Positions 10,787-20,828 of a stretch of 64,000 bases of DNA are shown one piece after another. Under the pieces are notes generated by a model that was given only the letters and a program-made list of their open reading frames with translations, was not told where the DNA came from and made no database searches. Origin of the DNA: Prasinococcaceae sp. CCMP 1430 (lineage: Eukaryota > Plantae > Prasinodermophyta); assembly GCA_013416795.1 (NCBI GenBank), contig RQSC01000002.1, positions 575,801 through 639,800 on the forward strand. The letters run 5' to 3'. The position numbers and the translations under genes were made by a program. Every line of letters begins with the position of its first letter. Position 1 is the stretch's first letter.

Positions 10787-11983
10787 ATGCGCGCCATACG
10801 CCGCGCCTGGCGCGGGGCCGGCTTGGTCGTAGGGGAGGCTGCAGGGGAGGCTTGCGCGGCGGCTGCCTCTGACGCCTCGCGCCTCGCGATGGTCCGCGGG
10901 CACGATCGGGACGGTGCGGAGGGCGGCGCGCGCGCCGAGCGGGAGGAGCGCGAGGCCTCGGACGAGGAGGCGTTCGCGGAGCTTCTCGAGCTTGTGAGCG
11001 CGTCCGAGGACGAGAGCGAGGACAGGGGTGGGGTGGGGGGCAAGCGCAAGCGCGACAGCGGCGGCGACGGAAGCAGCGGCGGCAGCGGTGGCGGCAGCAG
11101 CAGCTCTGGCAGTGGCGGTTGCGAGGGCAGCGACGGCAGCGGTGGCAGCGGCGGTGGGGCGAAGCGTGGGAAGCGCGCGGCCTCGTCGCCTGTGGTAGGG
11201 GCAGTGATAGCGAGCGGCGCGCTCTCGCTGCCGTCGCTGCCGGCAGACGTGATTATGCACGTGCTGAAACACCTGTCGGCGACCGACCTATCGTCAGTTG
11301 GCGCGACGTGTCGTGCGCTGCGCGCGCCGGCGGCAGCCAAGGAGCTCTGGGCGGCCGCAGCGGCGCGGCGCGGCTGGCCGGCCGACGTCAGCGGACGGCG
11401 CGCGTACGCCACGGCCGACGCAGCCGAGCTGCGTGGCCTAATGGAGTCCTTCAGCGGCGCGAGTGATGATGTGGTGCTCGCCGCCACTCTCTCCCACGCA
11501 GCCTTCAGGCAGAGATGTCCGACGAGGGCGGAAGTTGCGCAATTCGATGCCGCTGCTGCTGCGGCCGCCGACCCGCATGCGTCGTCAGCGGGTGGGTCGG
11601 CTGGCGCGAATGAGCGCTTGGCCTCGTGGCGGCGGCGCTGGGGGGGTGCAAATGTTGACAGCACGCATGCGCACCAGTGCTCGCGCTTGTGCGCATTCAC
11701 ACCCCTCGGCGAAAATCTTTGGGGATGCTCGCGCTCTGGGAAGGTGCACGAGTGCTCGACGAGGCGCAGCCACGCGTGTGCCCTCGCCGAGACGGGCCGA
11801 GACGGCCTGCTCGTATGCCCGGCGTCAGGGCGCTCGTTCAACACCCTCGTTGGCGCTGATGAGGAGGCGCACGGCGCTGACGACGAGGAGGGCTGCAAAG
11901 AGGAGCCCGTAGGACGAGGCCTCGCAGCCGCGTATCTGAGTGGCTACTGGGCGACAGACGAGAAGGCGCTCATGCGGCGGTAG
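10787..11983 (+). CDS. F-box protein, SKIP31-like, with Cys/His-rich C-terminal domain
   Basis: F-box LPSLPADVIMHVLKHLSATDL...TCR; C-terminal HxC..C..GCSRSGKVHEC...C...LLVCPASG and AAAYLSGY...DEKAL match the plant SKIP31 pattern. Confidence 0.75.
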   Translation: MRAIRRAWRGAGLVVGEAAGEACAAAASDASRLAMVRGHDRDGAEGGARAEREEREASDEEAFAELLELVSASEDESEDRGGVGGKRKRDSGGDGSSGGSGGGSSSSGSGGCEGSDGSGGSGGGAKRGKRAASSPVVGAVIASGALSLPSLPADVIMHVLKHLSATDLSSVGATCRALRAPAAAKELWAAAAARRGWPADVSGRRAYATADAAELRGLMESFSGASDDVVLAATLSHAAFRQRCPTRAEVAQFDAAAAAAADPHASSAGGSAGANERLASWRRRWGGANVDSTHAHQCSRLCAFTPLGENLWGCSRSGKVHECSTRRSHACALAETGRDGLLVCPASGRSFNTLVGADEEAHGADDEEGCKEEPVGRGLAAAYLSGYWATDEKALMRR

Positions 11984-12129
11984 CAGCGGCCGCGCACGCA
12001 TTGGGGCGCGCGCGGCCTACACGTAACTCACGTCGATCGCGACGCCATCCTACGCGCACACGCGTACATCACACGACGCTGCTCGGGGCGCGCGTGCTTA
12101 GGGAGGAAGGCAGATGGCAGTTTACAGCA

Positions 12130-13853
12130 TTAGCGTTTGTTGCTCCTCTTGCTCCGACCACCGTTCGACGCTGAGACGCCGCCACCGCCAAACGCCGGCG
12201 TTGCGGGCGCTCCCAACGTTGGAGCGGGCGTCGCAAAGCCGCCAAAGCCGGGCGTCGCGCCGGTCGACCCGAACAGCCCACCGCCGGCTGCCGGGGCCGC
12301 CGCTCCCGAGGCGGGGGCTGCCGCAGCGCCGAAGAGCCCCCCAGCCGCCGGCGCAGCTGCCGCGCTCGTCGATCCGAACAGCCCGCCACCAGTTGTCGCT
12401 GCCGACGCGGGCGGGGCAGCAGCTGCTGTAGTGCCGAAGAGCCCCCCGGCCGCCGGCGCGGCTCCCGCACCTGTGGCTCCTCCGAACGCCCCACCGCCCG
12501 TCGCTGGCGCCGCGGCGGCAGCCGGCGCCGCAGGCGCGCCAAAGAGCGAGGTATTTGCGGCAGGGGCGGCGGAGGCGGAAGCAGGCGCTCCGCCAAAGAG
12601 GCCCCCACCTGTCGCTGCGGCGGGAGTCGCCCCAGCAGGTGTCGCGGCACCGGCGGCGGTCGCTGTCGCTGGAGCCTGCTGCCCGGAAACTGCCGTGGCT
12701 GTGCTCCTGATGGCCTCCTCCTTTGCCCTTGCGGCGTCGCGCTGCTCCTTGCACTCCGCCTCGAAAAAGGGGTCGGTGGTGTCATCGCCTGCCCTGCGGC
12801 GCTCTGCCAGGAAGGCGTGCTTGCGCTCGTCGACTGCGGCAACCACGCTGCCTACCTTGGCCGCCACGCGCATGAGGTATTCGTTCGCCGAGCGCACGAT
12901 GCGCGGCAAGTTGGCGGCAGCCTCCGCCTCGCCGCCCACGCCCCCATTCCCAACTGTCGGCGCCAGCGCCTCCTCGAGTTCGTCGGCGCTCGACGTGATA
13001 GCTCCAACCTCGCTCTCGAAGCGACCCACGGCGCTGTCGAGCCACGGCGGAGGCAAACGCGGCGGCGCGAGCGTCTCTGGCGGAGGCTGCTGCGCAGGGG
13101 CGCCCGGCACGGACGCTGCCGCGGCCGCAGCGCGAGTCTTGAGCCGCTCGTGCAAGTAGTAGGCCCCTTCAGCCTCACGCAGCGCCCGGAGAACCTCTGT
13201 GCGGAGCGCCATCAGGCTCGTCGCCTCCGCCTCGAGCGCGGCGCGCGCAGCGCCTGCTCGCCGCAGCACCGCGCCAGTGGCCTGCCGCGCCGCGCGCGAT
13301 GGCACGGCTTCCTTGAGGCGGGTCAGCCCCGCCAGGTCATCCGCCACCGCCGTGTGCTTTCGCACAGCATCGCCTAGCTGCTGCAGGTACTGCTGAGCCT
13401 CGGGCGACAGCTCGTCGTACAACGTCGACGACTGCACCGGCAGCGCGGCCTTCGGACCGTCTTGCTTGTGTCGCAACCGTCCCTGTCGGCGTCACCGGGC
13501 GTGCGCGCACGCGGACGGGCGGGCGCAGCTGTCAGCAGGAAGCTACGCACAGCGCGGCGCACTGATGGCGGCGGGAGATCTCGCGCCACTCGCAACACTG
13601 CGCCCGGCTCAGCTGCCCCCCCGCTTCCACCGCCCAGGGCCACCCGTCCCGCCCATACCAGCAGGCGAACCCTAGAGCAGCACGGCAATCGCTCCCGGTG
13701 AGGAGAGTCGCCCACGCACCTGCTGCTGCTGCCCCAGCGGAAGAGACTGCTGCTGTGGCTGCGCACTGGGAAAAAGCGACCCCGCGGGCGCGGCCGGCGT
13801 GGCGGCGGGCGCGCCGAAGAGGCTGGTGGCCGGCGCGGCCGGCGTGCTCGCCG
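12130..13853 (-). CDS. NUP58: FG nucleoporin NUP58/p45; intron 13483-13719; 5' end lost at N13854
   Basis: GGLFG/SLFG repeats at both ends; coiled-coil core with TLYDELSPEAQ and AFLAERRRAGD..DPFFEA (plant NUP58 motifs); basic C-terminal tail. Phase-0 intron with GCTGAC branch point at 13531-13536. Confidence 0.85.
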
Positions 13854-13854
13854 N

Positions 13855-16042
13855 GGCGGCCGCCGCGCGGGCGCGTGTGGTGCGCTGCTCGGGAGCGGCG
13901 GCGGCTGCGCGGCCTTTGAGGCCGTGGGTGGAGTCTCCAGGAGGTGGGCGAGGGCGTGGGCCAGAGCGGCGCTTCGGCCATGGCGTCCGGTGGCGGTGGC
14001 GACTTTCACAGCTCAAGCTATCAAGCGGCGAAGATAGCGCTGCTCATGGAGCCCGAGAAGCGGCTGGGGCTCGACGAGTGGAAGGAGAAGAAGGAGGAGG
14101 ACGCGCGCGCGCGAATGGACGACGCGGAGGCGCAGATGGAGGCGTACAAACGCGAGCTCGAGCGCGACCGCGAGCGCCGCCTCGCGCGCGGCGTGAACCA
14201 CCGCGACCTCGCCGAGAAGCAGAAGGAGAAGGACCGCGAGCGCGAGCGCCGCCACAGGAAGGAAAAGAAGCACAGGCGAGAGCGGCACAGGCACCGCGAG
14301 CGCGACGCGCGGGGGCAGAGCGACAGCGACAGCGACGACAGCCGTGAGCGCCGGCGTCATAGGAAGTCGCACAAGAGCGACCGCGACCGTGATCGCAGGG
14401 ACCGCGACCGCGACCGCAAGGACAGGCACCGCAGCGGCCGCGACCGCGACCGCGACCGCGGCAGCGACCGCGGCAGGGACAAGCGCGGCGGCGACGGCGA
14501 CGGCCCCGGCGGCGGCGACCAGCCCGTGCGCCTCTCCGACTTCATCAACGCCGCCGCGGACGACGCGTAGAGCGCCCGCTGGCCGGCCCTCTCGCCCGCC
14601 GGCCAGCCGGCCGGCCGCCCGCCTGGCCACCCCTCCTCTCGGGAGCGAGCGCGCGCCCCTCTCATTTTTATTTTTTTTATTTCTGCATTTTCCGCCGCGT
14701 TTTTGTGCGGCCGGCGGCCCGCCTTCGACGCCGCCATCAAAACGCACCCTGAGCGCGCCATTCGGCGACGACCACGGTCTGACGCTAGGGTTATGTCCAA
14801 AGCATCCGATGTCGCGCACTGCATACCCGGTTCGACAAGTCTGGACCGGTGTTCAGACCGGGTTCGTGACCGCGCGCGAATTCGAACCGCAGTCGCCTTG
14901 TCGGCGGCGAGCGGCAGCGGCTCGCCAGGGGCCCCCACGCCGGCGCCGCCCCGCCACCTCGCGCGCCTGGCTGCGCCGGGGGGGAGGGGTGGAGAGGGCG
15001 GGAGGGCGGGCGTCGCACATCGCACGCGCGCGCCGCTGGCACACTGATGTTCCGCTCCGCCCATGCAAAAGCCGTTTGTCCGTTCTGTCTATACGAGGCC
15101 GAGGCGCGCGCGCGCGGAGTGTGGCACCCCCATCAAACAAAAACAAAATCAAAAGAAAGAACGGACGCAACAAAACACATCACAAAATTCGAAATAAAAA
15201 AAAGGCGAGGCGTGCGCCGCACCGCGCCACAACGCGCCCGGCTGCCAGGAAGGCGGACGAGGGGGGGTGGGTGGGGGGAGACGGAGGTCCGAGTCGGGGT
15301 GGCGGGGCGGCGGCGCGCTCCGCTCGCACGCGGGGTGGGTGGGGAGTCGATCGGCGCGCGGGAATCTTTCGGGGCCGAGGCTCGGACCCGGCGGCCGCCG
15401 CGCGGGCGCGTGTGGTGCGCTGCTCGGGAGCGGCGGCGGCTGCGCGGCCTTTGAGGCCGTGGGTGGAGTCTCCAGGAGGTGGGCGAGGGCGTGGGCCAGA
15501 GCGGCGCTTCGGCCATGGCGTCCGGTGGCGGTGGCGACTTTCACAGCTCAAGCTATCAAGCGGCGAAGATAGCGCTGCTCATGGAGCCCGAGAAGCGGCT
15601 GGGGCTCGACGAGTGGAAGGAGAAGAAGGAGGAGGACGCGCGCGCGCGAATGGACGACGCGGAGGCGCAGATGGAGGCGTACAAACGCGAGCTCGAGCGC
15701 GACCGCGAGCGCCGCCTCGCGCGCGGCGTGAACCACCGCGACCTCGCCGAGAAGCAGAAGGAGAAGGACCGCGAGCGCGAGCGCCGCCACAGGAAGGAAA
15801 AGAAGCACAGGCGAGAGCGGCACAGGCACCGCGAGCGCGACGCGCGGGGGCAGAGCGACAGCGACAGCGACGACAGCCGTGAGCGCCGGCGTCATAGGAA
15901 GTCGCACAAGAGCGACCGCGACCGTGATCGCAGGGACCGCGACCGCGACCGCAAGGACAGGCACCGCAGCGGCCGCGACCGCGACCGCGACCGCGGCAGC
16001 GACCGCGGCAGGGACAAGCGCGGCGGCGACGGCGACGGCCCC
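13855..16042. repeat. 653-bp direct repeat (13855-14507 = 15390-16042), period 1535
   Basis: Copies look identical by eye; copy 1 starts right after N13854 and copy 2 ends 8 nt before the gap at 16051. Confidence 0.92.
13980..14570 (+). CDS. FAM133-like Arg/Asp-rich nuclear protein (copy 1)
   Basis: FHSSSYQAAKIALL...DEWKEKK...YKRELERDRERRLARG, RD/RE low-complexity tract, and C-terminal PVRLSDF, similar to plant FAM133-like proteins. Confidence 0.65.
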   Translation: MASGGGGDFHSSSYQAAKIALLMEPEKRLGLDEWKEKKEEDARARMDDAEAQMEAYKRELERDRERRLARGVNHRDLAEKQKEKDRERERRHRKEKKHRRERHRHRERDARGQSDSDSDDSRERRRHRKSHKSDRDRDRRDRDRDRKDRHRSGRDRDRDRGSDRGRDKRGGDGDGPGGGDQPVRLSDFINAAADDA

Positions 16043-16050
16043 ACCCGCCC
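15515..16050 (+). CDS. FAM133-like protein, copy 2 (truncated by gap)
   Basis: Same translation as copy 1 until the last few codons before the N-gap. Confidence 0.55.
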
Positions 16051-16408
16051 NNNNNNNNNNNNNNNNNNNNNNNNNNNNNNNNNNNNNNNNNNNNNNNNNN
16101 NNNNNNNNNNNNNNNNNNNNNNNNNNNNNNNNNNNNNNNNNNNNNNNNNNNNNNNNNNNNNNNNNNNNNNNNNNNNNNNNNNNNNNNNNNNNNNNNNNNN
16201 NNNNNNNNNNNNNNNNNNNNNNNNNNNNNNNNNNNNNNNNNNNNNNNNNNNNNNNNNNNNNNNNNNNNNNNNNNNNNNNNNNNNNNNNNNNNNNNNNNNN
16301 NNNNNNNNNNNNNNNNNNNNNNNNNNNNNNNNNNNNNNNNNNNNNNNNNNNNNNNNNNNNNNNNNNNNNNNNNNNNNNNNNNNNNNNNNNNNNNNNNNNN
16401 NNNNNNNN
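16051..16408. other. Assembly gap (N run)
   Basis: Run of N. Confidence 1.
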
Positions 16409-16594
16409 GCCGGCGACGCGCGGGGGGAGAGGGCGCGCGCGGCGCGCAGGCCCCAGCCGGTCGGGCGCTGATCGCGGCGGGGCGTGGCTGCAGGGCCCTC
16501 CGTCGGGGCGAGTGCGCCACAGCCGCGGCGGGTGCGCCGCCGCGGCGGCGGGAGCGGCTGGATCCGAAGCGGGAGTGCAGGAGGGGCTTCTGCG

Positions 16595-16783
16595 ATGGCG
16601 ACCGCCCCGGCGAAGCGCAGTCCGCTCGGCGCAGCCATGTACCGCATGCGTGTGTCGCTCGCGCTCAACATGCTCAGCCCGAGCGAGGAGGTGTTGTTTT
16701 ACTGTGCGGTGCTGCTCGTGGTGGGGCTGGTGGGCGTGGGCGCATTCCACGTACTCGCATACGCAGCGCTGCACCTCATCTGA
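16595..16783 (+). CDS. Serine palmitoyltransferase small subunit (ssSPT/SPTSS family), 62 aa
   Basis: MYRMRVSLALNMLSPSEEVLFYCAVLLVVGL aligns by eye with ssSPT IYLYNVTFGLYMLDWWERYLFNSLVV (shared Y...V..L.ML...E..LF followed by a TM helix). Confidence 0.7.
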   Translation: MATAPAKRSPLGAAMYRMRVSLALNMLSPSEEVLFYCAVLLVVGLVGVGAFHVLAYAALHLI

Positions 16784-16885
16784 TTGGCAAGTAGCGAGGC
16801 AGGTGCTCAACGGGCGGCGCGGCGGCGTGACGAGCTCGATCTCCGAGCGCTCGGCGCGCGGGTAGCTGTGGTAGCGAGGGAAAAG

Positions 16886-18647
16886 ATGGGCAAGGATGGT
16901 GGCAATGGAAAGAAGCGGAGGAGGGCGAGTGGCGGCGCGGCGGGCGACCCGGCTGGATCGGCTGCGCCAGCTGAAATCGTGCTCGAGGCGGGCGATCGGC
17001 TCGCTCTCGACGGCGCGGCGAAGCTGACGTTGCTGGATGGCGCTATTGACGTCGGCGGGTACCGACTGCACGCTCGCGGCGCCCAGGTCGACGTCGTGGG
17101 CGCGGCCGGCTGCGCGTGCGGTGCGCTGCTAGAGCACGTTGGCTCGGCAGAGGTGCCGAGGGCGGCCGCTGAGGTGGCGCGCCTGCGCGTGGCACCGTGC
17201 GCGGACGCTGGCGCGCGTGCGCCTCGCGTGCTGCGCGCTGGAGCCATCCAGTCGGCGTGCGCGGCCGCGCGCGCACCCGACGCGTGGCGCGCTGCGATTA
17301 GCGAAGTCGTGCGCGCTGTGGCCGCCCGCGATGCGGGGGCGCCGGCACCCATCGTCGCCGTCGCGGGGCCGAAGGGAGCCGGCAAGTCGACATTCGCGAG
17401 GTGAGGGCTTCTCGCGCGCTTTGCCCGCCGCGCCCCTCGGCTGCCGCGCTGTGCTTTGCGCTTACACCCTATGCATGGTTGTGCGCTGAGCTGACGGCCC
17501 GGTGCGTAGGTTGCTCGCCAACGCGCTCCTCTCGCGTGGTGGTGGGGGCGGAGCCGGCGGCGGGAGCGGCATGGCGACTGCTGCCGATGCGCCTGTCGCC
17601 TACTTGGAGGCGGACGTCGGCCAGTGCGAATTCACACCGGCAGGGCTGATCGCACTGCACGTGCTGCGCGGGGGCTCGCCACTCACCGGCCCGCCGCACG
17701 CGCACCTACGCGCGTGGCGCCGTGCAGCCTTTTACGGCGATACCTCCCCTAAGGCCGACGCGCGCGCACTTCCGGCGGCCGTGGCCATGCTCGCCGCCGA
17801 GGCGCGCACGCAGCTCGCAGGCGTGCCACTTGTCGTGAACACGTGCGGCTGGGTCACTGGCGCGGGCCTCGACATCCTCAGCGATACACTGCGTGGGGTG
17901 GCGCCAACGCACCTCGTGTCGCTTTGCCCGACCGGCGGTCGCGCCGTACTACCGCGCGGGGCCTTCTGGCTCGAGGAGGACTCGTCTGATGGCGTACGTG
18001 CTTCGGCGACTTGCCGCGTGCTCGACCTGCCGGCGCTACCGGCACCGGCGGTGGGCGCCGGCGGGAGCTGGCAGGCGGCCGACGCGCGCGCGGCGGCGGC
18101 GCTGGCGTACTTCCACGCTCCAATGGCGCACGTAGACGATGCGGGGATGCCTGCGGCTTCGATGGGGGCGGCGACAGCGCTGGCGGAAGCCGTACCATAC
18201 GCGGCCCCGCGCGCGGCCCTGGGCGTGGTCTTCCTGCACGCCGAAGTGCCCCCTGAGCACGAGGCGACAGTGCTGAACGGCGCGCTGGTGGGGCTCGCTC
18301 GACCGTGGCAGGGCACCGAGGGCGTGCACGCGTATGCGCATGGCTGGCCGAAGTACGAGTGCCTAGCGCTCGGCGTGGTGAAGGCGTACGACCCCGCGCA
18401 CGGCGGTGTGGTTTACGTGCACACCCCCGCGCCTCCCGAGACGCTCGCGACTGCGACCGTGCTGCTGCACGGCCGCGTTGAGCTGCCCGCGTCTGCCTAC
18501 ACGCCACCCGGCATGCGCGCGGCGTATGTGCTGCCGCACGCCATCTCAACTGAGGGTGTGGGCGCCGCGCCGCAGAAGGCGCGCAACAACCTGCAGCGGG
18601 GCGGAGGCGGCGCGGGCGCCGCGCAGCAGCAGCCTGATGCGATCTGA
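16886..18647 (+). CDS. NOL9: Polynucleotide 5'-hydroxyl kinase NOL9/Grc3; intron 17401-17509; 550 aa
   Basis: GPKGAGKSTFAR|LLAN joined across a GTGAG..TAG intron; YLEADVGQCEFTPAG; PLVVNTCGWVTGAG; ECLALGVV; C-terminal RNNLQR. Confidence 0.9.
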
Positions 18648-18836
18648 GCGTGCGCGGTGAGCGGCCCGAAGCCCCGCGTGGTCGGTCCTCCCCGGTGCCT
18701 GCCTGCCCGCTTTTCACCCCCCCGACTTTTGGTTGGGACATAATACACAGTCTGAGACATGGGATTGCACGGGTCTTATCGGCGCCGAGCCCTGCGACAG
18801 AGCGTGGCGCTCGCTGCTCGGGCGCAGAAGCAAAAA

Positions 18837-19841
18837 TCAGACGGCAACTGCCATCACTGTGCGATGGCGCGGATCGGAGGGCACCGTCTCCACCGCGCCA
18901 AATCCCACGTCGCGCATGGTCTGCTCGAGATCGAGCAGGTAATACTCGTCGGTCCAGGGCTCGGTGGACTTCATGAGCGTGAAGAGCGCGGGCGGCAGGC
19001 CCTGGATCACCGGCGAGCGCGGATTGTTGTCGGTGAGCACCAGCACGCCACCCGGCCGCAGCACGCGCCTCGCCTCGCGCAGGATGTCGCGCGCGGCGTG
19101 CGAGGGAAGCTCGTGAAACACGAAGGCGAACGACACGACGTCCGCGCACGCGTCCTCGAGCGGCATCGCCTCGGCACGCGCATGCAGCCAGTCGACGTTC
19201 GGGAGCGCCGCAGCCTCGCCGCGCGTGGCGGCCACAGCCAGGAAGTGAGGGCTCAAGTCCACGCCAGTCACCTTTGCGTCGGGGAACGCCTCCGCCAGCG
19301 CGCGCGTGCTGATGCCAACGCTGCACCCCACGTCGAGCACGCGCTTGACGTCACCCCATGCCATCCCCCCCGTGCCATCCGCATGGGCGCCCATGTACGC
19401 GCGCAGCGAGTCCAGCCACGAGTCGCGCAGCCGGCGCTGCGCCTGCTCCGGCGTCAGGTCCTCTTTGGGCCACACGCGCAGCGCCATCGAGTACGTCGCC
19501 GACTGCGCTTCTGAGGCCGCCTGCCAGTTCAGGTTGCCCTCGTCGTAGGCGTGGAACTCCTGCAGGTAGTAGTCGGGGTAGTTGGCGGCGACCTCGGCGT
19601 CCTCGACCTGCTCCTTCATCGCGACGACCTCGGCGTCCTCCGCGAGCGCGGCCGCCGTCTCGCGCCAGGGGATGCCGTTCTTTTCCGCCGTCTTGATGAG
19701 CGTGTCGCGCGCCATGTACTTCATCACGCTGAACACGGGCTTGGTCGCGATGGCCAGGTTCACCGCCTTGGAGAGCATGTCGTCGGGCCCCGCCCAGTCG
19801 GGCTTGAGCTTGCCGCCCGGGCCGGCCCCCGCGCCCGCCGA
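18837..19841 (-). CDS. Class I SAM-dependent methyltransferase (Methyltransf_11, cyanobacterial/plastid type); 5' end in gap
   Basis: YPDYYLQEFHAYDEGNL, VLDVGCSVGIST, GVDLSPHFL, HELP...EARRVLRPGG, LMKSTEP. Confidence 0.88.
   Translation of the reverse strand, partial: SAGAGAGPGGKLKPDWAGPDDMLSKAVNLAIATKPVFSVMKYMARDTLIKTAEKNGIPWRETAAALAEDAEVVAMKEQVEDAEVAANYPDYYLQEFHAYDEGNLNWQAASEAQSATYSMALRVWPKEDLTPEQAQRRLRDSWLDSLRAYMGAHADGTGGMAWGDVKRVLDVGCSVGISTRALAEAFPDAKVTGVDLSPHFLAVAATRGEAAALPNVDWLHARAEAMPLEDACADVVSFAFVFHELPSHAARDILREARRVLRPGGVLVLTDNNPRSPVIQGLPPALFTLMKSTEPWTDEYYLLDLEQTMRDVGFGAVETVPSDPRHRTVMAVAV

Positions 19842-19842
<1 letters not shown>

Positions 19843-19883
<41 letters not shown>
19843..19883. 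repeat. (CA)n microsatellite abutting gap
   Basis: About 20 CA units. Confidence 0.95.
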
Positions 19884-20211
19884 NNNNNNNNNNNNNNNNN
19901 NNNNNNNNNNNNNNNNNNNNNNNNNNNNNNNNNNNNNNNNNNNNNNNNNNNNNNNNNNNNNNNNNNNNNNNNNNNNNNNNNNNNNNNNNNNNNNNNNNNN
20001 NNNNNNNNNNNNNNNNNNNNNNNNNNNNNNNNNNNNNNNNNNNNNNNNNNNNNNNNNNNNNNNNNNNNNNNNNNNNNNNNNNNNNNNNNNNNNNNNNNNN
20101 NNNNNNNNNNNNNNNNNNNNNNNNNNNNNNNNNNNNNNNNNNNNNNNNNNNNNNNNNNNNNNNNNNNNNNNNNNNNNNNNNNNNNNNNNNNNNNNNNNNN
20201 NNNNNNNNNNN
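19884..20211. other. Assembly gap (N run)
   Basis: Run of N. Confidence 1.
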
Positions 20212-20247
20212 CAGTAGCCCGTGCAGCTTGCCTCGTCCGTGTCGCAG

Positions 20248-20433
20248 TGCGCGTACGCCGCGCGGCGCGCGGCGGCGGGCTTCCGCGAGCACCGCGCGAG
20301 CGCGGGCAGCACGGCCGCGGAGGCGTACGAGCTCGGCGCGGCGGAGCTGCAGGTCGCGCGCCGGCAGGGGGTGGTGTACGCGCTCTACGGTGGGCTGTAT
20401 CGGCACGGACTCGAGGTGGCCGCCAAGCGGTAG
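20248..20433 (+). CDS. ISD11: LYR-motif protein ISD11/LYRM4, 3' exon (5' part in gap)
   Basis: AYAARRAAAGFREHR...EAYELGAAELQVARRQGVVYALY...LEV parallels ISD11 (YAVRRIRDAFREN...KRDLGVIRRQVHIGQLY). Candidate CAG acceptor at 20245-20247. Confidence 0.72.
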   Translation, partial: CAYAARRAAAGFREHRASAGSTAAEAYELGAAELQVARRQGVVYALYGGLYRHGLEVAAKR

Positions 20434-20445
20434 CCACGGGAGCGA

Positions 20446-20682
20446 ATGGCCTCCGCTGTGGCGATGGGCGGTGCAGGGCGCGCGCGCGGAACCGGCGGCT
20501 CCGACCTACCGAGCAGCGGAGGCGATCGCGCCGGCGGCGGCGGGCCGCGCGCTCACCTCGCGCCGCGGCTGCTTCGCGCGTTGGGCGACGTCAAGTGCGA
20601 CGCGTGTCCCCTCGGCCAGATGGAGGCGTGCGCCGCCGTGCTTGGCCTGATCGCCACCGTCGTCGCGCTTCTCGCGAGCTAG
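20446..20682 (+). CDS. Hypothetical 78-aa protein with CxxC and C-terminal hydrophobic (tail-anchor-like) helix
   Basis: ATG 12 nt after the ISD11 stop; coding-like codon use; ends ACAAVLGLIATVVALLAS. No family recognised. Confidence 0.4.
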   Translation: MASAVAMGGAGRARGTGGSDLPSSGGDRAGGGGPRAHLAPRLLRALGDVKCDACPLGQMEACAAVLGLIATVVALLAS

Positions 20683-20734
20683 CCAGCCTGCGAGGCTGCG
20701 AGGCGCGCCGCAGGGGCGCGAGTATTTTTGCGGC

Positions 20735-20736
<2 letters not shown>

Positions 20737-20792
<56 letters not shown>
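20737..20792. repeat. (GT)n microsatellite
   Basis: About 28 GT units between convergent genes. Confidence 0.95.
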
Positions 20793-20796
<4 letters not shown>

Positions 20797-20828
20797 GCTA
20801 ATAAGGACTCAAATTGCTTACGGCACCG

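Noticed and set aside
15548-20801. ORFs spanning N-gaps (poly-X translations)
   Set aside because: Artefacts of translating through unknown bases.
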